Source of the DNA: Mytilus trossulus
Lineage: Eukaryota
Assembly: GCF_036588685.1 (NCBI RefSeq)
Contig: NC_086386.1
Span: forward strand, 57,846,001 to 57,910,000
Length of the DNA: 64,000 nucleotides
Reading direction: 5' to 3'
Both the position numbers and the translations under genes were made by a program. How positions within the stretch are numbered: position 1 is the first letter of the stretch; each line of letters opens with the position of its first letter. Below are positions 12,224 through 25,474 of the stretch, in pieces. The notes under the pieces are model-generated. The model ran no database searches. It was not told where the DNA came from and saw only the letters and a program-made list of their open reading frames with translations.

Positions 12224-14583
12224 ATGAGAAAATATGTTAGAGATGTTAAATAATTAAGACCTCTTAATTTCTTTTGTTTTTGTTGTTGTTAGGCTGTTGT
12301 CTCATTTTTGTATTCCCAAACTCCTTTTCTTTATACTAAAGGGTTGTATATATAATTGACATTTCTTTTTAAATCTTGTTTGTGATTCGAGCGTCTCTGG
12401 TTAATCTTATGTAGACGAGACTCGCGTCTAGTGCATCTTTTATAGACGACACTTGCGTCTAGTGCAAATACAAAATTGTGATCCTGGTATATATGATGAG
12501 TTTAAATACCATTTATACTGATTTTCCCTATAAAAGCATGACTTTGAAACAAAGGAGTAGGAGCATTGAGTCCTGGTGTTGGCCCAAGAAAATAAATCTA
12601 TTTCAAATTGGCACATAATGTTCAGAAATGCATAGGGTCAAGAAATATCAATGAAAAACATAGTGATTTTTATCTGATGACGTCACAATTACGTCATTAT
12701 ATGTATTGTTTTCACAAAACCGATGCAAATACAGTTTTCTATCTTTATTTCCGTTGTGAAAACATCGTGCGAAACCAAGAAACAACAAACTGATTTAAAA
12801 GAAGCTTAATTATACATATTGACATAATCTCACCAAATATAAAGTTGTTTTCACATACTTTTTAATCTAAAATTTGATGAAAATTTTATGAAAAACAAGG
12901 GAAACGACGAAATTTTACAAAATATGCAAATAAAGTTATGATTTGTTTCCATGGTAACTTGGTCAATGTCGATTTTCTGAATAACGTGTATACGTATCTT
13001 GTCAAGTTTTCAATATTTAAGAATATTTATGAAAACTTTTAAATTTGCAGTAATTTTTGGGCCAAATAAACCGAACAGCACTTGTGAATTCGTGAAATAT
13101 CAAGGTTCATTCAAATGCCATACTTACAAAAGAAGAAACTGTGAATGAAAACAAACTGAACTTACACATCCAACTGATGTGGTTAAAACAGTATGATAAA
13201 AAAACTCATCATAGATACCAGGACTAAATTTGGTATATACGCCAGACGCGTGTTTCGTCTACAAAAGACGGTCGAATCCACAAAATGACGATTTGAACTA
13301 CAGTAATATATGTATTTGTCATGTTGGTACCAACGATTTTAATTTTATTCATTTAAAATCTTTCAAGAATTATTCTCATCTTCATCCCTGAACCAACAAT
13401 TACTCAGACATCTATCCGTTGCCTGGTACTCGAAACAGTTGACACAGGTCATTATTAATTAGCAGAGAGTATAATTTATAATAGTGAGCGTTTAGAAACT
13501 ATGTTAGTTTATGAGCAATTTAGACAGAAAGGCAAATACGAGGCATGAAATAGTTTGTTTAAAATGATAATAATGGTTGTTTGTCTTTTTGGAAAAATTG
13601 TATCCATAATGCATTTGTTGAAACATGACGTCAGTCAGCTTTGACTGGTTTGTGACGTCATTAAAAATTGTGAAAACTTACTAGTATCCGGAATAGAATA
13701 GATGCAGATGAGAAATTGTTTATGCTTAACCAAAGTTCTTTAAAAAAAAATCATCTGAGCATTCTTTTTAATTCAAACTTGAACGAAGCTTTAACTCTCA
13801 GTAAAAAAATAATTAAAACAAATGATCACAGAATAATCGTAAATCTTCAAAGAAGAATAACGAGGTTAGGTCTAATTTAATTGTCTTCATGGGTATTTTT
13901 TTATTACCTCCGTTACTATAATGATTACAGTATAAATTCCATTTAATGATGTTGAACCGTTGAACCATTAACATTTATAGTAAGTTAATACAAGTGATAA
14001 TAAGAACATTTATTTATCTTTTTTTAGTTTACTTAGGGAAATGAAAACCATCAAGTTCTCCCGGTAGACACAATAACAATATGATCAATTTGTCCCTGAG
14101 GAATAAGTAATAATAAAAAAAATAGAATTTCAACATATATAAACAGTAATTTGAATACGTACACACCGCATATGTTCGATTAACACTATAAAATATACGC
14201 TATGAATCATTTTCTTCTTTTCAACAAATTATTCTAAGTAACAAACATTCAACTAGCTGACAAACTGTTGGCAATAAAGCTGTCACTCGCAGACGTGGTA
14301 TATCAATATTATGAAAAATTAAAAGAATTTCACATGAAAGAATCTCGTCATTTTTTTGCATTTCAGAAAACCAAAGTTTGATAAGGGATAAAACTCTAGT
14401 CTTTCATTAAAATTTTAAAGACCATACCATAGGTAACATGTGTACTAAGTTTCAAGTTAATTTGACTTCATATTCATCAAAAACTACCTCGACCAAAACG
14501 ACGGACACTCAGACCAGAAAACATAATGCCCATAAATGGGGTATAAAAGCCACAAAAAATAAATATCCTTAATGATATGATTC

Positions 14584-14700
14584 TTAACCAACAACGCCTG
14601 GACTAAGAGCGTTTCGAATCAAAATCTGTAAAATGATATGTACAACACCATTTTCAGCCTCGATATCCTTAACCTGGAGAGTAGCTGCATGGTTTAAAAC
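14584..14700 (-). pseudogene. duplicated, acceptor-less copy of the terminal exon of FAS1 gene A
   Basis: Reads VLNHAATLQVKDIEAENGVVHIILQILIRNALSPGVVG* versus VLNHAATLQVTDIEAENGVVHIISHVLIPSTLNPGVVG* at 16455-16582. Its 5' end is replaced by a repeat at 14701. Confidence 0.8.
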
Positions 14701-15026
14701 ATAGACGAAACGCGCGTCTGGCACAAATACAAAATTGTAATGCTGGTATCTATGATGAGTTTATTTATCATTTATACTGATTTTTCTCAACATGCATACA
14801 AAATGAAATAACACCTCCAACTGAAGTGGTTAGTATTGCATGGACAATTTAAACTACAGTAACGTATGATTGATATCCCATTTGGAACCAACGATTTTAA
14901 TATTCCTATCCAAAATCTTTTAAGAGGGATTTTCATCTTCATCCCTAGACCAACAATTACTCCGAAAATTTTCCGTTGCTAAGTACTCAAATCAAGTGTT
15001 TTCAAAACAAACTTCACCAGAAATTA

Positions 15027-15029
<3 letters not shown>

Positions 15030-15075
<46 letters not shown>
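15030..15075. repeat. (GA)n microsatellite
   Basis: About 23 uninterrupted GA units. Confidence 0.95.
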
Positions 15076-15081
<6 letters not shown>

Positions 15082-16454
15082 ACGTTTTGAAGTAATGTTA
15101 CATTATATGTTATGAGCACAAATTTTAGCGACAATAAAAAGTCATAAAAACTATTTGTTTAATGTCTTAATGATGGTATGCTTTCTGTGTTTTGAAAAGT
15201 TATATGCACATCTCATTGTTCAAACAGGGCGTATGTAATAAAATTAATGGTACCAATTTTCTTGCACCAGATGCGCATTTCGACAATACATGTCTCTTCA
15301 GTGATGATCGTGACTAAAATATTTGAAATTCAAAGCTTATATAAAAGATGAAGAGCTATAATCCAAAAGGTCGAAAAGGTATAGCCAAATCCGTGAAAGG
15401 AATCAGAGCTTTGCATGAGGCAGCTTCGACTGGTTTGTGACGTCATGAAAGAGTTGTGAAGTTTTGAACTTTTCCTAATTGGAATAAATCATTTAAATGC
15501 CGATAAAGTCAATTGTCAATACTCAACACAACATTATAAAAACAAACCTACTAAACTAAGCATTCATTACAAAACTGAATGATGCGTATCAGTAAAATCA
15601 TTATTGTATTTATCAAAAAAAAGATTGAACAGGATATTCGTTAATTTCAAGGACAATGTTGAGCATAATATAATTTTCTAGGCGGATGTTGTTTTCTTTT
15701 ATGGCCTTTGGGTAAATATATGATATGATCGATAAGTCCCCAAGGACACCATCAGACAAGTGGTATGCTTGAATACGGTTTCTGCTTAACTTCTGATATT
15801 TTTTTTATCAATTCTTAACGATTGTTTAAAGGAACTACTATTGAGCATCACTGAAAAACATTGATTGTCGAAATGCGTATACATCTGGTTTAGTTAATGT
15901 CATAAATAAAGGCAACAGTATTATACCGCTGTTTGAAATTCAAAAATCGAATGAGAAAATAATTAATCCGGGTTACAAACTACAACTCAGGAAAACACAA
16001 CAAAAACAAGAAGGGAACTGCGACACAGCAGTAACACAATTCTAAAATGTAACACACACAAAAACGAACTATAATATAACATTGTTAATGTTGATTTAAA
16101 CACTTGAAATAAATAATAGTATTTGAACTTATAAAAAAAAGTTTGATGCAAAATCCACTCAAGTTTTGGTTCAAATTAATAACTACTAGTATATTTACCA
16201 TGAGCTGTTTTCTAATTCAAAAAGAAATACTGTGTGTATAGAACCGCGAATGCGAACGCAACAACAAAAACACACACAGACAGGGGGTTCCAATAAAGGC
16301 CTCATAAATGATCATTGAAGAATCTTGTGCAAACAAGCAACATGCTTGTTTAAATATTATGTCCCTTTGATATACAGTTTTGATTCGAACATGTTTATAA
16401 TTGAAATAAAATTCCACAGTCCCAAGTACAAATATTTTATTGATTATGATTTAT

Positions 16455-19400
16455 TTAACCAACAACTCCTGGATTAAGAGTGCTTGGAATCAAAACATGT
16501 GAAATGATGTGCACAACGCCATTTTCAGCCTCGATATCGGTTACCTGGAGAGTAGCTGCATGGTTCAAGACAGGGTTATTATCTAAAAGTAAATAATGAT
16601 AACATAAGTGATTGATATCATGAAATGGCGCAAATAATTACACAACATATCATTGGAAAATACGCACATTTATCTCTGTTAATACACAGGTTTGGAATGA
16701 CGTTCACCCTTTTGATCATATGCGCATGTCAGAAGTAACTACAACGACAGAACACTGGAAAAGATCGGACTTGAAGTAAATCATTAAGATGTCAAAGACA
16801 TTGGGCCAATTTCCTATAATTTTGTTTGACAAAAGGGACATTTTCTAAAAGTATGTAAAACTATTGAGGTTCTATCAATAGTTTGGTGTATTTGAAACAA
16901 TTGTCTTAATTTTGAGTTCAAACGTATAAAAAGAGCATCCTTTAACATAACAAAACTAATTTGGAAAAAAATTATACCAGGCTTATGGTTGTGTAAGCTA
17001 GACGCGCGTTTAGTCTTCAAAATACTCATCAATAATACCGGCGTCACACATTGGCAAATAGACCGCCGTGCACCAGACGTACAAAGAAAATTGACTAAAG
17101 TCGTATACGTTAGATGAACGCAACAGAAACGCTTACAAGCCTTACACGCGCGTTGCATAAGTTTAAAGTACGTCGAAATGCAGAGGTATAATTATACGCT
17201 TGGTAAACGCTATAACTCCATGATTTGTTTATGCAGCATGAATATTTTCATCTAGCTGTAGCGGTTGTCAAGCGTATAACTGTTCGCTACACGAACGTAC
17301 TATATATTTTACAAGCGCGTAGCAAAACGCTATGTACAGATACGGTTGAGACACGTTTAGGGAACGTTGTATACGCTATAAGATCGTTCGACTTTTACTT
17401 GGTCTTTTACTTGGACGTTTGCGGGGAGTGTCTGTAACATACGACTGGCAAAGTTTTAGCGCTATAAAACGCAACCGTGGCGTATCAAAAACGTATTCTG
17501 GTATACAACGAATCGAAACTTGCTGTGATATTTTTTTGGCGTGTGTCCGTGAATTTACAAGGCCATGTGTACCAAACACGTCCCAGACACGCCGAAAGCA
17601 TCCCAGGTACGGCCGGGACGCGTCACAACTACGTTCACAAGAACGCTTTTCCTTCGTAGCGTGTAGCGTGTATTTCAACTGCGTTAGACAAACGCCATAC
17701 ATACGCAAACATACGTTACTTCAACGTCCGATATACGCTTATTTACGCTTCTCGTACGCCCGAAAGACGTTAAAAACTCGATGTGCACTCAAAAGATATA
17801 ATTGAAAAATTAACAGAGTCAAAATTACTAACGTATTGGCATTGCACATTGCATTGCATTTATGGCGTACGTCTGTGCTATACTCTGATGTGTGACGCTG
17901 GTGTTATACGCTCGAGTCAACCAGTTAAAAAGCAAAATAACGTATGTAAAGTTGAAGAACATTTAAGCCACAAAAAAGTAGTAGAGTTAGTATAGTATTA
18001 TTATGCGAATATAGAGTTATCAATTTGAGTGAGATACGTCCAATTATGCAAACACAGCAATATTTAACATTGAAAAATATTTTTGAAAAAAAATAAATAT
18101 TAAAATCGTTGATATGTGCAGGATAGTATATCTATAGACTCTCTAATTAGGCTTTTAAAACCTTCCCAGATTTTTGACGCATTTGATTTGTTAAAACAGA
18201 TACTAGGGGGTTTGCTCCATCTCTTCGCCAGTTTAGGTAGTTACTGAAAAAAATACTAAATTCAAAAATTGTATAAGTAAATCATTATATGTATACTAAT
18301 AAAAACACCGTCGCCAACCCGTTACAAGGGTACTATCATCGGATACAAGCAAGGCTTAGGGAAATATCATTAAAATTAAAACATCTGTCATCATATCTTT
18401 TTATAGAAAACAAAATCTTACTGCTATCAACGGTAACACTAATGCTATGTCCCCTGTACATTGTAGTCAGTGTTCCTGCGTGATCTAAACTCTTCTCGTG
18501 GATTGTTCCTGGGTGAACATGATAATCAACAATATCTGAAACCAACAAAGACGACATTTGAATCCACATTATACAGAAAATAAACGAATTTAATTGAAAA
18601 GGTACAGTACCCTGCCCAGATTTTATACTTTTCTCTTACTATGAGAACTCCTCAAGTTTTTTTCTTAGTTGGTTTAAAGATGTTTGCCTATCAACCCCTA
18701 TACTTCCCGACTTTTTATCTATATCATCGCTTGGAATTCTTGTTATTTCTAGACATAACTAACGTAACAATTCAGTTATCACGTCAGGCTGGAAAATCCA
18801 AATGTTTTGTAAAAATAAAAAAAGACATTTTGTGCAAACCGGAAGAACTGTACATGGTTAGCCTATTAGTCAAAAATATCACGGCCAAAGATAGCAGGAA
18901 AAATACATAATATAATATATTTTGTTTGGGAATTTGACATTGAGATAGTCGAGCATGCTATCCATTGTTGATTGAACTGCTTGCTTTGGTGAAAACGTCT
19001 CGTAAAATGGCTCGTCCATTTGTTTGTATTGATCTCAACAGTGCTTTAAAAAAATCTTAACGTTATCACGTGACTTTCAGTTGTGTGTAAAAAGAAACCA
19101 GACCGGTAAAACGGAATATCTCGAAACTAAAGGTGTCAGACCACAACTTAAAATCCCTATCTTTTCAACCCAAATTCAGCAATTTTCACATCTTTCTAAA
19201 TGTTTTACCTTAAGTTTAACTTCATGGTCATGATTTGTACATGACTCAGCTTTCTACAAGCCAATTGTCAACATACTTTTAAAGTCTTCCGATAAAAACA
19301 CTGACCTTCTAAGAGGTAATCCCAAAATAACCACTGGTTTTCTAGAAATCTTTATGTGTATACTATGGAGCGCATTACTCATGAATGTTAATGTAAACTA

Positions 19401-22219
19401 ATAGACATAAGTGAATGTTGGCTTAAAATGATCTAAAAACATTACTCTTTCACAAAAAGTTTCATTTCTGCGTTGGTTACTTTACAATTTAAGTAGTTAA
19501 TAACATCAAAAGCACTATTTTATGTCAGAGTAGGGATACTTTTACATACGTTCGAAATTGGAGGGAGTAATTGGTGGTCTGACACATAAAGTAACATTTA
19601 AGTACAGATAATGTTTCACTTACGTCTAGCATAAATGTAGCTGCTTTTCAATTTTGCAATATAATCAGCATCCAGACTAGCGATAGCAGCATTGTTTGGA
19701 ACAAACATTGTGTATCTCTGTGAACCTAAAAGATAAAAGACAGATAGGAAAACTATTATATTATCAAAATCAGAAGCTGACTCCTCAGACACAAAAATGA
19801 TATCCTGCAGAAAGGGGCATATAAATGGCAGAAAAATCGATTTGAGTCAATACTGATCACCATTGTTTAGAAAATAATTAAACGGTATGACGAAAAAATG
19901 TTCTCAAATATTTAGATGTTATTTTTTTTTTTTTTTTTGTAGACTCGATGATTTCTCAATTATATTTCTAATTTAGATACACCGAAAATCTAATTCAAAC
20001 AATATGTTATTTCCTTTCGTGTGCTGTTTCATCGTATATTTTTCAAGTTTTTTTTTATTGCGTTTTTTTTAAAGAAACTAAGACTATCGATTATGATCCC
20101 TTAATATATGGAAATGTTTTTTCATACTTGTTCTATTGAAGACATCAGTCAATTTTGCTGCCTCTAAAAATTCCATAAATCCACTGATGTTATAATCTGG
20201 GTTCTTTATGACGTCAACGATGGTTCCTTCTGGTACATTTAGAACTTCATCAACAAGGTAGATAACTCCGTTTGAGCATTGAAGGTCTACTTTTGTTACT
20301 TTAGCTTGGTTGAAATACAGAGACTGCAAAGGAGACATTAATATAGGAAATTTGATATCAAGATTAACCTTAAATACATTTTCAAATATAGACAATGATT
20401 TCCAAAAGCAATGTATCAATTTTTAAAAATGTACAGCGCACTTTTTACACAGTTCACTGTGAAGGTTTCGATCCATCTGCTGATCAAGGCCTGATGAACA
20501 TGTTTACCTCATGTCAAATTTCCTTTAAAAGCTTTAGTTTTTTTTTAGATATAAGCCAAACACTGCACTTTGATCCCTATGTTCTATTTGTTGTCTTGGT
20601 GGCCATGTTTGTTGATGGATCAAAATTCGGGATACAATTTATAAACTAAAATACCCTATGGAACATTCAGTTACAGTTGAAGGTATTTGACCAAGTAGTT
20701 TTAGAGGAGAAGATTTTTGAAATAGTTTACGTAGACAGACAACTAACGCCAAGTGATTACATACACTTACAAGGTGCCTTTCGGGCCCCGGTGGGCTAAA
20801 GAGAAAATGATTGAGATAGAAAAACAAGCACGTTTTGAGTAGTGAATGTGTATGGCAGTGTTATAAAATTAAAACATGCATTTTACCAAATGAACTCAAC
20901 TTTTATTGATGTTTATTATAATTCTTATTGGAAAAGAAAAGCGTTTTTTGTTTTATATATAAAATTATATTTAAATATTCATTTTATATTGAAACTTACA
21001 CTTCCTTGAGAATAGACCCGGATGTAGTGGCCATTTAAACTGCTAAGAATTTCACCGGAAACCATATCCCAGCTGTAGATACTTCCTTTTACGACATGGT
21101 ACTGGAGAACGTTAGCGAGGGCACTGGAATCCTTCTGTAACGATGCAACTGTTGCTGGTGGAAGCTTAGCGAAGGCCTCATTGGTAGGAACGATTAGGGT
21201 AAATGGACCTATAAGAAAGTACAGGAGAATTATCTTTTTTTCGTGATATGCATGAATATGTATTTATTCTTTTAAAACCTCCAATTTAGGACATCAATGA
21301 TCGAGGATTTGCCCATTAATCCCATAAATCACCCGAAAAACATATAACTGTACACGTACAATGTAACTTCAAAACATTTACAGAGAGACATATATGTCGA
21401 CATATATCAGACCTGGGAGTCCCCACAAAATTTTGAAAAAGACATGTTGAATATGTATGGTGATAATATAACTGACTAGCTAACAGACGCAGATAAATAA
21501 AATTAAGAGTACTATGCGGTATGTGGCAATAAGACAGAAATCAAATAAAGAAAACCCACAACACCTCGTGAGGTATACATGCAATGTTTTACCAAAATAA
21601 AAAGAGATCTATATAAAACAACATCGATAATATTGTCACACGAATATAAATGACACAAACGTATAGAATTAGTTTATGTTAATAATTTATTCTAACTTTT
21701 TTATTCGGACGGATAAAGGCGATAACTGTTAGAGGAGAGTTCTTGGGAAATTAAATGATGTACATATTCCTTTACAACCTTTGTTAAGTGCAAAGCCGAA
21801 CTGATTAACTGTAACGAGCTTTACTTATGAAAGAGGCAAACTGTTTTCGATCTTTTGAGATTCGAGCCCTATGCGAGATACATTGGAATAAAATTTTACA
21901 ATTCTTCTCCTTTTTGCTTAATTCTCCCCCTTTAACCATGTTAACAGTCAAATTTACTGACAGAGAACTACGATCGCCATATTTTTAGAATTATCGTTCT
22001 TATCAGTGAAAACACATAGAAATGAAAAATATTATAATAAAAAATATGAATTTAAATGTCAAAATACTAATTACCTTGTTCCCGAAGAACATCGGTTAAT
22101 CCAGCTGAGTTGACAAAACTGGTAAATGTTGTTAAATTGGCTGCGTTCGCACAATCAACCAGATTTTCTGAGGCTGAAGCCAGGCAGATAAAGGGCAGCA
22201 ACGCTAATAAGCACTTCAT
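16455..22219 (-). CDS. secreted two-FAS1 (fasciclin; TGFBI/periostin-like family) protein A, 297 aa
   Basis: Exons 22219-22075, 21208-21000, 20323-20128, 19725-19624, 18535-18422, 16582-16455, all GT-AG, total 894 nt, open frame. Signal peptide MKCLLALLPFICLASA. FAS1 motifs GPFTLIVPTNEAF, LQYHVV, SNGVIYLVDEVL; YTMFVPNNAA, VDYHVH, ENGVVHIISHVL. Confidence 0.9.
17036..17903. mobile_element. CpG-rich TIR element (PIF/Harbinger-like MITE) in the last intron of gene A
   Basis: TIR accggcgtcacacat / atgtgtgacgctggt with TAA/TTA flanks. The interior is rich in cg/acg/cgt, unlike its surroundings. Confidence 0.6.
19131..19586. mobile_element. degenerate MITE
   Basis: Inverted ends gtgtcagaccac / gtggtctgacac. 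Confidence 0.45.
20459..20798 (+). mobile_element. 3' fragment of a HINE/pearl-like element
   Basis: Similar to the 500-bp unit and 3' end (agaggagaagattttt, acgccaagtgat, terminal hairpin) of 44400-46210. Confidence 0.55.
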
Positions 22220-22525
22220 TGTTCCAAAATGGCTAAGTGGGGCTATGTGAACTGAAAATTATAATCTTTACAAATTTAACAAATTTTGACACCGCCTCGA
22301 TTTGACCATATGTTGTGAACCCAAGAGATAAGAACCTGTCTTAACTACCTAAGCACTGTTGATTTCGTGTCTTTCTCTTATGAAATTGACATCATAGATA
22401 GGAAATAGTATTCACGTTGCAATAAACATGTACTGGGGTATTTCTCAGAGAGTTTCTTATAGAATATGTGTAGAAGTAAGACAAACCGATTATCTTTTAA
22501 TCTACACATAGAGTTTGTAATTGAG

Positions 22526-22632
22526 AATTAGAGCGAAGAAAAATTGAAAATTAGAGCGAAGAAAAATTGAAAATTAGAGCGAAGAAAATTGAAAATTAGA
22601 GCGAAGAAAAATTGAAAATTAGAGCGAAGAAA
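22526..22632. repeat. 23-bp minisatellite (aattagagcgaagaaaaattgaa, ~4.7 copies)
   Basis: Directly visible tandem copies about 300 bp upstream of the gene A start codon. Confidence 0.9.
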
Positions 22633-23339
22633 TATGAATACATGAGGCTTCGGTAGGTGCGTCCTTCAATTTTTTTCTCTGTATTTTAATTGCAAATTGT
22701 GCCTAGTATTCTCTATTCTTTATAGGTTAACACCCTTCATTTTGTATTCTTTTATTTGTTCGGCCTAATTGCTCTAGTCTTTATTGTTTTGCTTATTACT
22801 GTGTGTATCATTTGCCTATTATTCTCACAGGCACTTCTCTCAAAAAAATATTCCTGTATACTTTAATGTTATATTAAGGTATATAGGGGGGAAAAAATTG
22901 AGACAAGTGCCTGTGATTATTCTCTATTCTGTAAAACCGATCATCGGTGTGTTAATTACTTTAACTTGATAATGGTAGGAATTCATTCAAATCGGTAAAA
23001 GAGAGTCATGTCGAATAAATACGTATGATTAATTATGTTTAAACATAAATCATTTATTTGTGGATTGGAAAACAAGTTATTGCAACTTATATTTATCCCT
23101 TTCCACTAATACGCAGAACACACACTTGCAAACTGTGACTATATGCGGTGGATTTTTTCTCATACTAGCTCCCAAAGGAAAATTTTGAAAGAGTATTGTT
23201 GACTTCAATTTAAAACAAAACAATAAATTTCACCATAGCTATATATTTAATATAGAATGAAGGGACAAAAAACAACATTAAAACTAATCTGAAAGCCCCT
23301 TTAACGTTAATTTTTTCGTTTGCATTGTTTACTGTTTTG

Positions 23340-23576
23340 GATTCGAGCGTCAGTGATGAGTCTTTTGTAGACGAAACGCGCGTCTGGCGTATATACAAAA
23401 TTTAGTCCTCGTATCTATGATGAGTTTATTTACATTGTCATTTGTGGGCCTTTTATAATTGACTATGCGGTATGGGTTTTGTTCATTGTTGAAGGCTGTA
23501 CGGTTACCTTTAGTTGTTAATGTCTGTATCATTTGGTCTCTTGTATAAAGTTGTCTAATTGGCAACCATACCACAC
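23340..23576. repeat. two adjacent high-copy interspersed repeat fragments
   Basis: The cttttgtagacgaaacgcgcgtctggcg family also occurs at ~7630, 12385, 13203, 14702 and 27345. The ttgaaggc.gtacgg...ttgtct.attggc family also occurs at ~35300, 49040 and 51125. Confidence 0.7.
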
Positions 23577-25474
23577 ATGCATTTTTCTTAAATAAGATAC
23601 ATACACCTTCGGAGTGACGTCACAATTTAACTTGCTGTTTCAATAGCCGTACTCTGGAAATGTATTGTTTAACTTGCATGTGTAAAAATCTGTGAAATTG
23701 CTGAATGATGCTCGCTAAGTTCTATAATAAAATGGGTCAGTAAATGTCAACGCTAAATGTGTAAAGATATTGTCAAATATGATACCAACCCATACATGTT
23801 ACAATTGGCACATTTATGAAAAGAAAGACTTAATGCTTAGATATTTTATGTCGATAAGTTGATTTTTAAGCAGGGATATCTTAAAAACTGATAAATGGAG
23901 ATAAAAACTCCATACAATTTGTTTCCTTTGTCGTTCTGCAAGTTACTGTCCGTTGCAGTTTTAATACTTAGAACCAGTATAATGCGTCATATGCTAAACT
24001 GTCTTTAACTGTGTTTTTTCTGATGGTGTGTCGTTAAGTCACTTTCTCCAGTTAGGGAGGGGTTAACCCATTATATAGGTATGACCATATCTGTCAAAAT
24101 GTCAACTGTCTGTCTGTCTAAGTCAAGAGCCTTTGATTTTAGTCAGTTGTTGTCTGGCATAAAAAAAAAACACCTAATAAAGATCATACGTCCGAATCGC
24201 TTTTCTGGATTTAACGCAGTCAGCAACAACGCCCAAAGTTGAATATTTGAAAACAAGAAATTGTAAGAACTGCAACAGTTTAAAAGCTATATGAATTAAA
24301 AGGAATATCAAAGATGACCAAATCCATCTATGGTTAACTTTGCTTGAAGTAATTGAAACCTTTATAGTTTCGTAAAAATTCAAATTTGATTAGCGGACAT
24401 ATTGTTTTGCATTTTGTCAGTAATGAAGTTCTGAGCTGGTGATACCCGATGCGAAATCCACTACATACTGTTTGCTTTGCTTGTTGGTGGAGGTCATACA
24501 TGTAGGGTGACCTTTACCTGCAGTTATTGGTCTCTATATCGACATAAGATGCTGTGATATGAGTGCCAATGAGACAACTTTCCATCCACGTCACACGATC
24601 TAGTTTATATTTGCCATTTGTTTCATTTGTAATCATGGCGCATCTTTTTATTGCTATTTAATGTTATATATTTTATGTTAAGTCAATAGTTATTTTTTTA
24701 GAAAACGTTCTTTAATGTTTTTAATATAACTGTTTGTTTAATCCATTATATATTACTTCCTTAACCAGCAGACCATGAATAAAAATAGCCTCATTATCTA
24801 AGTGCAAGACTTTGTCTGTGCTATAATTAAAGCATGCAAGCTCACGATGTAGAAAATCGCACTAAACATTTTAATTTTGTCTGTCTTTGATAGATCGGTA
24901 AAATTAAAGATTGTAACACCAGTGTCAAAATTTACAAACGGCCAAGAGATAAAAGGTACTTTAGATTATTAAAGAATGTTTCACAAAAGCAAACAGTTAC
25001 AAACTTTATGAAAATTAAAATGAATATTAATTCTGAATTTTGTTATGTATCATCAAAATTATAGGGTATCTCGACAATATCTGGTAGTGTACTCAGACCT
25101 AACGAGTTCTTATTGGAATTTCTTTCTATGATACATATGATTATAATAATATGGAAAGAGTTTGTACTTTATGAAGCCCGTACTGAATTCAATTATTTTT
25201 TTAAGTACGTTAATTTCACAAAATTTCATGTGACTAGCTTTTGTTATAAATATTGCAATGCGTGAATCGGTTACGGGTGTATATGATTTGTTGAAACCGG
25301 AAATAAGCTTTCAAGATTTTTGCAGTTTCTTCATTTTGATATAAGAATTTAAGTCAAGAAAATTTATAATTACAAAAAGTTAACAGTCTTGTGTTGTCAT
25401 CAGTTTGTTAAATTAATTATTCAGACATTCAGTGTTGAAAATAATATCAATCACATTTGAATACTAGTTATACA

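Larger units (their letters stand above)
12385..16571 (+). repeat. diverged tandem duplication (copy 1 ~12385-14700, copy 2 ~14702-16571)
   Basis: Colinear matches: tagacga..cgcgtct (12412/14702), ccaactga.gtggtt (13169/14817), caacgattttaat..catcttcatccct (13331/14889), gactggtttgtgacgtcat (13643/15428), and the FAS1 last exon (14584/16455). Confidence 0.75.

Noticed and set aside
16814-17995. Cluster of overlapping 60-128 aa ORFs
   Set aside because: They fall in or beside a CpG-rich MITE and show no transposase or other motif.
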